From the NCBI GenBank assembly GCA_964444125.1, contig CAYUFB010000003.1, positions 1-63,916 of the forward strand: a stretch of DNA of 63,916 nucleotides, in the 5' to 3' direction. Numbering within the stretch: the stretch's first letter is position 1; each line of letters begins with the position of its first letter. The stretch is from an uncultured Candidatus Saccharibacteria bacterium. GTDB taxonomy: Bacteria; Patescibacteriota; Dojkabacteria; B142; JAFGMG01. Below, piece by piece: positions 56,213 through 63,916 of the stretch. Made by a program: the position numbers and the translations under genes. The notes beneath the pieces are model-generated. The model had not been told where the DNA came from. It was given only the letters and a program-made list of their open reading frames with translations, and ran no database searches.

Positions 56213-57109
56213 TTATTTAAAAGTATTCAAGATCTCGCTTACGTCTTGTTTTTTTACTTGATATCTTAGGGCATCTGAATTGTAGATATGGGGAATGCGT
56301 TTAAGGAACGCTTCTCTTTCTTTATTTTGGTAAAGAATTCCTAAAGGAATTCTTTCTTGTTCATAGTCACATTTTTGATACGCTTGCCACAAGTCAGTTG
56401 GGTCATAATCTTTTTCGTCTTCGACTTTGTAAATTCTATCTTTATAATAAGCTTGGTCTTTGAATTTATTGTATGTTGGACAATGTTGAAATATCTCAAC
56501 ATAGCTAAATCCTTCGTGTTCGATCGCTTTCTGGAGTAATTGAGCTAGATAGTTTACTTCACCAGTAAATCCTCTTGCTACAAATGAAGCTCTTAAATTA
56601 AGCGCTAATTGTGTTGGATTGATATGATCTTCGACAACTCCGTATGGACTTGAGTTCATTTTTTGTCCTTTTGGTGTAGTAGGTGTTGCTTGTCCAGTAG
56701 TCAGACCGAAATCGCAATTATTATGTACTATTAATGTAATATTGTAATTACTTCTAATGCCATGAATCAAATGATGAATTCCTTCATCTAAAAGTCCACC
56801 ATCTCCTGTAATTGCAATAACTGGTAAATTTTTGTTTGCTAAATGAATGCCAACTGCAAGTGGAATCACTCTTCCATGAAGTCCTTTAAATGCATAAGCA
56901 TTGATTTTATCAGCCATATTGCCATTACATCCGATATCAAAGCAGATAGCAGCTTGAGTTGGAGCAACTTGCATATTGGATAAGGCCATTTTGATCGCTG
57001 TCCAAATTGCAAAATCACCACATCCTGGGCACCATGTGGGCATAATAGGGCTTGCAAAATCTCTAACTGTAATTTTTGATTGATTTGTAGTTGGATCTGG
57101 TGTACTCAT
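56213..57109 (-). CDS. 2-oxoacid:ferredoxin oxidoreductase beta subunit
   Basis: WCPGCGDF, IGC.G, HGR.IP.A.G, TGDG (TPP binding), GLTTGQATPT, QHCPTYN. Confidence 0.95.
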   Translation of the reverse strand: MSTPDPTTNQSKITVRDFASPIMPTWCPGCGDFAIWTAIKMALSNMQVAPTQAAICFDIGCNGNMADKINAYAFKGLHGRVIPLAVGIHLANKNLPVIAITGDGGLLDEGIHHLIHGIRSNYNITLIVHNNCDFGLTTGQATPTTPKGQKMNSSPYGVVEDHINPTQLALNLRASFVARGFTGEVNYLAQLLQKAIEHEGFSYVEIFQHCPTYNKFKDQAYYKDRIYKVEDEKDYDPTDLWQAYQKCDYEQERIPLGILYQNKEREAFLKRIPHIYNSDALRYQVKKQDVSEILNTFK

Positions 57110-58860
57110 TATTTGGAAATTTCTTGAATAATATCTTCGATATAAAATGGTTTACTGTCGTATCGATTTATTTTTTTAAACTGCATTCCTGTCTGTGCTT
57201 TGATTAATTCTGCAAGCTGACCTTCGAAATTTTGTTCTACAACATATACTTTATCCTGGGTATTTCTTAAGCTCTCTAGAATTTGAGTTTTTAGAGGCCA
57301 AATGTATGAATAATGGATAATTTTGAAATTTTTGCCTGCTTCTTTGAGTAATTCTAATGAATCAACTAATGTGGATTTGCTTGAACCCCAAGTGATAAAT
57401 GTGAACTCGGCATCTTTGTCTCCTATTACAATTGGATCTGGCAAATTTGCCTTGATTGTATCTAGTTTTCGCATTCGTTTTTCTAATTGTGCTTTGATTA
57501 CTTTCTCGTCTTCTGTTGAATATCCTTTTTCTATATGCTCGTCACTATTAGCCAAAAATGTGTTATGAATCAGACTTTCTTGCTTATCTGAATGATCTCC
57601 TGGAAACCATCTGTTTGATACGCCATCCTCGGTTATTTGATATCTAAGTTCAGTTCCAGTAAGTGTTTTTGGATCTAGGATTTTGCCTCTGTCTATGGTT
57701 ACTTTCGATAAATCGGGAGATGAAATGGTGTAAGTGCTTTCTGCAATGTATTTATCTGTCAAAATCAAAACTGGTACTTGATATTTCTCTGCTAAGTTAA
57801 ATGCATCTCCTATCAAGAAAAATGCATCCTCAGCATCACTGACACTTAAAACAATTCTTGGAAATTCTCCATGTGCTGTAGATATTGCTAACTTTAGATC
57901 TCCTTGTGCTGTCCAGGTTGGTGCTCCAGTTGCGGCTCCATGTCTTTGTGCAAGTACTACTACAAAAGGAGTCTCTGTGATTCCGGATAATGAAATTGCT
58001 TCACTCATAAGATCAAGACCACCTCCACTTGTACCGCACAATGCTCTTGTGCCAGCGTGATTGGCTCCAATACACATATTTGCTGATGTGATCTCGTCCT
58101 CTGCTTGTTTGACAAGCATCCCGACTTTTGGGGCCCAAGCTGCCAAATTTGTAAGAATTGAGCTTGCTGGTGTCATTGGATATGAGCTGTATAGTTTGAC
58201 TCCAGAGGCTGCGGCTCCAAGTGCCAATGTCTCATTTCCGGTAATTATTAAATTGTCTTTGATTTGATCATTGTTTTTGAAATTCTCTGCAAATTTCTTG
58301 AATTCACCAGTTATTGCGTCATGGCCTGTAAGTGCGGCTTTTTTGTTTGCTTCAATAATCTCCTCACTTTTGTTGAAAACTTCTGCAACAACTTCTAGAA
58401 GAGTATCAATTGGTAATCCTAAGGTCTTCCATACTGCTCCAAGTGTGACGGTATTTTTCATCAAAGCATTGCCACCAGCGCCTGTTGCAAGGTCCAAAAG
58501 TGGTAATGAATATAAATTGACTTTGTACTTTTCAATTAATGCCAACTGTTCTGGCGTAAGAGTGAAAACTTTGTCAATAATCATGACTCCACCATCTTGG
58601 TCAAATTCGTTTATATGAAGATCAATACTTTCTTTGTTTAGTGCCAATAAAACATCTGTATCTTTGCTAATAGAGGCAATTGGATTTGATGATACTTCAA
58701 TCTGGTAAACATTGTGCCCTCCTCTAATTAATGAGGGATATTCTGTATATCCGAAATTATAATAGCCAAGTCTCTTGAGGGCTTTGGAGATAATAATTCC
58801 AGAGCTTTTGATACCCTGCCCAGCTGCTCCTGCAATTTTGATTGTAAATCTATGTTTCAT
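57109..58860 (-). CDS. 2-oxoacid:ferredoxin oxidoreductase alpha subunit (fused gamma domain)
   Basis: IAGAAGQGI, YPSLIRGGH, YPMTPAS, QAEDEI, TSGGGL.LM.E. Confidence 0.95.
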   Translation of the reverse strand: MKHRFTIKIAGAAGQGIKSSGIIISKALKRLGYYNFGYTEYPSLIRGGHNVYQIEVSSNPIASISKDTDVLLALNKESIDLHINEFDQDGGVMIIDKVFTLTPEQLALIEKYKVNLYSLPLLDLATGAGGNALMKNTVTLGAVWKTLGLPIDTLLEVVAEVFNKSEEIIEANKKAALTGHDAITGEFKKFAENFKNNDQIKDNLIITGNETLALGAAASGVKLYSSYPMTPASSILTNLAAWAPKVGMLVKQAEDEITSANMCIGANHAGTRALCGTSGGGLDLMSEAISLSGITETPFVVVLAQRHGAATGAPTWTAQGDLKLAISTAHGEFPRIVLSVSDAEDAFFLIGDAFNLAEKYQVPVLILTDKYIAESTYTISSPDLSKVTIDRGKILDPKTLTGTELRYQITEDGVSNRWFPGDHSDKQESLIHNTFLANSDEHIEKGYSTEDEKVIKAQLEKRMRKLDTIKANLPDPIVIGDKDAEFTFITWGSSKSTLVDSLELLKEAGKNFKIIHYSYIWPLKTQILESLRNTQDKVYVVEQNFEGQLAELIKAQTGMQFKKINRYDSKPFYIEDIIQEISK

Positions 58861-58937
58861 AAAGTTATCTTATGACGAAAAATTCATTCTGTCAATCAAT
58901 GCTAGTTGAAGTTATATATGCTAGAAGTCAACAATAA

Positions 58938-59726
58938 TTAATTTCTTCGGTTTTTGATTGGTAACGATATTTCAAACTCTGTTGGTTGCTGACAATTAAT
59001 TAGTTTGATGTCTCCCCCAAAATCGGTTCGAATAATATCTTGAACTATAGAAAGTCCTAGTCCGGTTCCTGATGATTTTTTTGTACTATAGAAATATCGA
59101 AAAATTATATTTTTTTGAGAAGGGTTGATTCCTTTGCCATTGTCTTGAATCTTGATAATTAAATTATTATCTGAAAATGAGGAAATTATTTTGATAATTT
59201 GATTATCTTTTGGATTTTCTTCGAAAGCGTCAAGGCTGTTATTTAGTAAATTTAGTATTATCTGTCCAAATTTGACGGGGTTGCCTGTTAAGTTAATATC
59301 TTTGATATTGCGAAGTATTCTTGTGTTAGTTTTGCGTATTCTGTAGTCAAGTATCAATAAGATTTTTTGAATTTCTTCTTCTATAGAAAAATTTCTGATA
59401 TTGCAATCGAGTTTTGTTTGATTGAGAAAATTTTGCAGAAGTTTATCTATTTGCTCTACTCCAATTAATGCTGCCTTGATCTCATCACATGTTCCGGCTT
59501 TTTTCTTGTATAAATCCAAATTTAGCCTGATGGTAGTAAGCGGTGTGGCAATCTCATGGCTTAAGGCTCCAGATAGTTTGCCTAGATTGGCTAATTGGTT
59601 GATGCGCATCATCTCGGCTCTTTTGGAATTCTTAAGTCGACTAAAATTGTTCTCTACTTTTTTGTACAATTGAAATGATAATCTTGGTTGATCATCAAAT
59701 ATTAATTGTTTGTTATCTTTTAGCAT
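58938..59726 (-). CDS. Cytoplasmic histidine kinase (HisKA + HATPase_c) without sensor/TM region
   Basis: H-box SHEIATPL, N-box NLLNNSLDA, DNGKGI, GTGLGL. Confidence 0.9.
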   Translation of the reverse strand: MLKDNKQLIFDDQPRLSFQLYKKVENNFSRLKNSKRAEMMRINQLANLGKLSGALSHEIATPLTTIRLNLDLYKKKAGTCDEIKAALIGVEQIDKLLQNFLNQTKLDCNIRNFSIEEEIQKILLILDYRIRKTNTRILRNIKDINLTGNPVKFGQIILNLLNNSLDAFEENPKDNQIIKIISSFSDNNLIIKIQDNGKGINPSQKNIIFRYFYSTKKSSGTGLGLSIVQDIIRTDFGGDIKLINCQQPTEFEISLPIKNRRN

Positions 59727-59894
59727 TTTTCTTGTGATATAGAAAATGGCTGCAAATTTAAGACATGTGGGTCAGTTTATAATGTTTATAGCAGAAAAAT
59801 CATGAACGCGCATTGTATTGCAGCGCAAATTTTGGGGGAAAAACTGAGAGAAATTTTCGAGATATAGAATGGTTCGGTTGTGAATTATTAAAAA

Positions 59895-60658
59895 TCAAAT
59901 TTTTTTTAATAATTTTAGTAAGTAATTTGTTGGATTATAATCGAGAACCATAAATCTTGGATATTTCGGAAGTACCTCAGCATGATATTTCATTGAGAAT
60001 TTGATTCCGTGATAATTAAAGTATACCGTACGATTTTCCATTGTTCTTACCTCCGAGATCTTGCCAGCTTTATCGAATTCTTCCCATTTATTTAATAAAA
60101 TTGGGAAATTTTGAAGCTCTTGTAAAATTATTTCATACCAATGATCCCCTTTCATGAAGCCCATTTCGGTATATGTCCTTTCTAGTGAATCAATTAAGAT
60201 TTTATCCAATTTTTCTTTATCCAAAAACCTCTTTAGTCCAAATTCGTCTTTAAGTAAAATGATTGGGAAGGATTGAAATTGAAGTTGACTCCATTTTTCT
60301 CATCAATCTCGGCTAATAATTTGAAACCTAGCGACATATCAATTAATCTTGATCTATCATCAGTCATGTAGGCAAGTGTTGTCTTTTTTGCAAAATATTT
60401 TTTTGTTTCATCCTTAGCTAAATCGATTTCTTGTTGACTAGCAGGGTTTTGCGTATGACCAATGAGATAAGCAATCTCATAATCATTAAGAGATAGGTAA
60501 TTAGAAATTTGTAAAACAGTTTCTTTAGTTGGATTGATTTTGTTGTTTTCAATTCTACTGATACTGCCTTGTGAAGCATTGATAGCAATTTCAAGATCAA
60601 GTTGGCTAATCTTATTTCTCTCTCTAAAGTATTTTAATTTGTCGCCTAATTCTGGCAT
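59895..60658 (-). pseudogene. XRE HTH + MmyB-like ligand-binding regulator split by a 1-nt frameshift
   Basis: ORFs 60233-60658 and 59895-60224 together align with the intact paralog 60819-61583; adding one A to the A5 run at 60294-60298 joins them. Confidence 0.8.
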
Positions 60659-60818
60659 GATCGGTTCAGTAAGATTATGCTTAATACATAATTATATATC
60701 GAAAAGATTGAAAAATGAAGGAAAAGGGCAAGTAATTATTCTGAAAAAGGTCTTATATATCCAAAATCTTTATATATCTCAAATAATATAGTAAAATCAA
60801 TCACTTTTGCTACATAAT

Positions 60819-61583
60819 ATGAACACAGCAAAGCTTGGGCAAAAAATTAAGTTCTTTCGTGAAAGAGCGAATTTGTCTCAGTTCGAACTAGAAAACGAGA
60901 TTGGAGGTTCTGCGGGCTCCATAAGCAGGATAGAAAATGGAAAAGTGAATCCGACGAAGGAGACTCTTGAAAAAATTGCAAAAGTACTTGCCTTGAATGA
61001 CTACGAATTCTCATATCTTGCTGGTAAATTTGCCGATCCAGTCTCTCCCGCTGAAGTTGATAAGGCAAAATTAGTTGTAGATGAATACTTTTCAAAAAAA
61101 AGCACTTTTGCATATATGGTTGATGAAAGGTCAAGGGTTTGGGCTGTATCAAAAGGGTTCTTGAAATTATTAGGTATGCAAGATTTTGAGGGAATTGCGG
61201 GAAATTCGATACTTGAGTACATTACGAAGACTCAATATGGGGTAAGGAAGTATCTTGAAGGTGAAGAATATGAAAAAATGATGAAGGATCTACTTATTAG
61301 AATGTATCATGAACTAAGTTTTATGATACAAGATGAATGGTACATGCAAACGTTGAATATAATTGAAGATGATGACGTTTTATATAATATCTGGAAAGAT
61401 ATTCAGCTTAATCCTAAAAGAGACTTTAATGATGCTAGTTCCAGAAAGGTAAATTTCAATATTAATAAGATAGCTATCAGTATGGTCTATGGTGTTGAAC
61501 CAGTCTTGCATAATGAGAGATTTCGAGTAGTTGATTATGTCCCGGATAATAAGATAGTTAGATATTTATCAGGCATTTTATAA
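60819..61583 (+). CDS. XRE-family HTH regulator with MmyB-like (PAS-like) C-terminal domain
   Basis: KIKFFRERANLSQ.ELE..IG.S...ISRIENGK.NP; AYMVDERSRVWAVS..F..L; C-terminal V+DYVP. Confidence 0.85.
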   Translation: MNTAKLGQKIKFFRERANLSQFELENEIGGSAGSISRIENGKVNPTKETLEKIAKVLALNDYEFSYLAGKFADPVSPAEVDKAKLVVDEYFSKKSTFAYMVDERSRVWAVSKGFLKLLGMQDFEGIAGNSILEYITKTQYGVRKYLEGEEYEKMMKDLLIRMYHELSFMIQDEWYMQTLNIIEDDDVLYNIWKDIQLNPKRDFNDASSRKVNFNINKIAISMVYGVEPVLHNERFRVVDYVPDNKIVRYLSGIL

Positions 61584-61605
61584 TTAATATTTAAAAATTT
61601 TCTAT

Positions 61606-62868
61606 ATGAAAAAGAAAAAAGTTCTCATCTTCCCTTACTCGAACCAATTAGGAACTACTATCCCATCTATTACACTTGCAAATTTACTAATAGATAATGG
61701 TTTTGAGGTTGAATTTGCTTCAAAGGGCAAATATTCTTTTGTAATAAAGGAAAAAGGATTTGTATTACATGACGTCCCAGAAATATCTTATATGCATTAC
61801 AGGAAATATTTAGATCAAAACAGAATGGATTATTACGAAAAGCATTTAGTAAGATTGATGGTCGATTATGAAGTAGACATGATCAATGAATTAAAACCAG
61901 ATATAGTCGTTGGGCATAATAGGCCTTCTTTATACATTTCAACTAAATTAACGAAAAAGCCTTTTGTTTCGATGACAGTGGCTTCTTTGACAAATTATTA
62001 TGACCAAAGGATTTATATACCTGAGAATCACCCTTTGAATAAAATTATTCCGTTAGTAGATGTTAATTCGCTTGTGCCAGCAATTGTGCCGAAAATTGTA
62101 TACAACATAACTATGAAGCGATTTGCAAAAGGTTTTAACGAAGTGCTTAAAGAATACAATTTATCAAAGGTCAAGTCATATTTGGATTTGAATGAGGGAG
62201 ATATCACACTTCTTATCGAGACCTGGGGTTTGGTTGGATTGAAAAAATTACCATCAAATTTTTATTTTCTTGAACAAGATACAGAAAGTGGCTTTGGAGA
62301 AAAGCCAGCTTGGTATAGTAGTGTACAGAAACTAAAAGAAGGTGGTAAAAAAATTATTGGAATTAGTATGGGGAGTTCTTCTTTTGAGGCATATCCGTTA
62401 GTCTTAAAAGATTTAGTAGAATTTGTATTATCCCAAAAAGATGAGTATATATTAGTATCCAATCATTGTGGGTTGGAAAAAGAATATACAAATTCAAATA
62501 ATATATATATTGAACGTTTTATCCCTCCACTTGATCTTATGAATTTAGTTGATATAGTTATTACACACGGTGGTAAAAATACACTAAATGAGGCTGTTTT
62601 GGCAAAAAAAATGATTATAGGAATTCCTGAACAAGCTGAGCAATTGTGGAATATAAAATATATGGAAAAATTAGGAGTGGTGAAAGTATTATCTAGATTT
62701 GAATTAAGGAAAAATAATAATATATTAACACACAATGTGCAAAGATTATTAAAAGATAGTAAGATGAGGCAAAATGTTGAGAAATTTGTGCAAAATGACT
62801 TAATAAATGAAGACATTTATGATCACAAAGCTACGATAGTAGCAGCTCTGCAACGTTTGAGTAAATAA
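61606..62868 (+). CDS. GT-B glycosyltransferase, GT1/MGT-like (small-molecule or lipid acceptor)
   Basis: L+..G.EV.F, ISMGSS, ERFIP..DL+..VD+VITHGG..T+.EA+......+G+P...EQ..N....EKLG. Confidence 0.88.
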   Translation: MKKKKVLIFPYSNQLGTTIPSITLANLLIDNGFEVEFASKGKYSFVIKEKGFVLHDVPEISYMHYRKYLDQNRMDYYEKHLVRLMVDYEVDMINELKPDIVVGHNRPSLYISTKLTKKPFVSMTVASLTNYYDQRIYIPENHPLNKIIPLVDVNSLVPAIVPKIVYNITMKRFAKGFNEVLKEYNLSKVKSYLDLNEGDITLLIETWGLVGLKKLPSNFYFLEQDTESGFGEKPAWYSSVQKLKEGGKKIIGISMGSSSFEAYPLVLKDLVEFVLSQKDEYILVSNHCGLEKEYTNSNNIYIERFIPPLDLMNLVDIVITHGGKNTLNEAVLAKKMIIGIPEQAEQLWNIKYMEKLGVVKVLSRFELRKNNNILTHNVQRLLKDSKMRQNVEKFVQNDLINEDIYDHKATIVAALQRLSK

Positions 62869-62887
62869 ATTCTTATTAGAAATTCAG

Positions 62888-63916
62888 GTGGGCAATATTG
62901 AATATCAATTGTTATTTGATAATGATTCTTTAGTATTGGTATCTGCTGCGCTATTAAACTTTTCCGTTTTTGTTTATTTATTCTCTAAACAAGTTAGTTT
63001 TGAAGAGGCAAGTAAGAAGTTCTTGGCTTATAGTACTTTATCAGTATCCATATGGATATTGAGCTCGTGGATTAATCATGTTGCACAAGATGTAACAGTT
63101 ATTACTCATTCTTCAAGGTTGTCGTATAGCTCTACTGTTGTGGCATTATTTTGTCTCATTTTCTTTGCGTTAAAATATCGTAATCAAAGTATATCAAATG
63201 TATTTTATCTTTTGATGGCTGGATTATTTTCTCTAATACAGTTTACTCCACTGATAATTGAAAAAGGTATTCCTGCAAGTTTAAGCACAAGGGAAGATGC
63301 TGTGTTTGGGAAATTATATTTTGCATGGTCAATATTAATATTAATATTGGTAGTATATCTAATATATTTATTGTATCTGGCATATAAGGAAAACACTGGG
63401 ATTAAAAGAGAGAAGATAAAATTTATTGTTGGATTTTTATTATTATCAGTAATTCTGACCGTATTTTTTAATTTAGTTTTGCCAAATTTTGGTGAACGCT
63501 CTTTTATTTTTGTAGGTCAGTATTCTACCTTTATTTTTGCCCTTGGAGTTAGTTGGGTGGTAATTCAGGATAGATTATATTCTTTCAAATACACAATCGC
63601 GAAAATTCTTTCAATTTTGGCTGTAGGGACAATTCTATTTTTATTAAGTTGGGGGACTCAGAGAATAGAGCAAGTAATTTTGAAATGGGATATAACGCAA
63701 ATTTTTTCTGGAAGAATAATAATATTAGGTATTTTTGTTGGTTCTGTGGTGGCATTGTATATAGATTATTTGAATCCTCAAGTTCGAACAATGATATTTG
63801 ATCGTTTAGGAATTAGTGTCAGCACGCTTGGTCAATTAGAGAACTGGCTACTAGATAAAACTAACGAAACGATTAGAATAGATATCTATATTGAAACATT
63901 TCTTAAAAAGCTTGGA
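62888..63916 (+). CDS. Membrane sensor with N-terminal 7TM (HisKA_7TM-like) domain, probably a histidine kinase; truncated by the window edge
   Basis: My translation from GTG 62888 is open to the window end (343 codons): multiple TM helices, FG.LYF.W, FFNLVLP.FG, G.YST, W+++Q.RLY..K. The kinase domain itself is not in the window. Confidence 0.7.
   Translation, partial: MGNIEYQLLFDNDSLVLVSAALLNFSVFVYLFSKQVSFEEASKKFLAYSTLSVSIWILSSWINHVAQDVTVITHSSRLSYSSTVVALFCLIFFALKYRNQSISNVFYLLMAGLFSLIQFTPLIIEKGIPASLSTREDAVFGKLYFAWSILILILVVYLIYLLYLAYKENTGIKREKIKFIVGFLLLSVILTVFFNLVLPNFGERSFIFVGQYSTFIFALGVSWVVIQDRLYSFKYTIAKILSILAVGTILFLLSWGTQRIEQVILKWDITQIFSGRIIILGIFVGSVVALYIDYLNPQVRTMIFDRLGISVSTLGQLENWLLDKTNETIRIDIYIETFLKKLG

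Noticed and set aside
423-63791. The many 60-190 aa antisense or nested ORFs in the track
   Set aside because: They shadow well-supported genes on the opposite strand or frame and show no family motifs

Overview
Low-GC bacterial chromosome segment, genetic code 11 (TGA serves as a stop, e.g. alaS). Gene content and style suggest a Patescibacteria/CPR genome of Microgenomates/Dojkabacteria type (inference). Most genes from 6.6 to 60.7 kb are on the minus strand. 1-31 kb is mainly housekeeping and envelope genes: IS1595 remnant, class A PBP, pheS-pheT, thrS-infC-rpmI-rplT, tRNA-Val(GAC), clpP, mutL, murB, alaS, folC, an ABC solute-binding lipoprotein and Ig/FnIII surface proteins. 31.5-51.1 kb is a co-oriented run of 12 genes with no recognisable enzyme. 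It includes a VirB6/TrbL-like polytopic membrane protein, large coiled-coil proteins with hydrophobic hairpins that are often followed by small acidic proteins, and a tandem paralog pair. I read it as a candidate secretion/host-interaction locus. 51-59 kb holds pduO, an ECF sigma/anti-sigma pair, a cyclophilin, dinD and a 2-oxoacid:ferredoxin oxidoreductase. The window ends in a signalling module: a sensorless histidine kinase, two divergent XRE-MmyB paralogs (one frameshifted), a GT1 glycosyltransferase and a truncated 7TM sensor. Non-coding highlights are three copies of an inverted heptamer-array element, a ~94-nt candidate sRNA upstream of clpP, a tandem hairpin-SD-sORF unit downstream of clpP, and two ORF-free stretches. 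No CRISPR array or rRNA was seen. All assignments are by-eye motif recognition; no searches were run.
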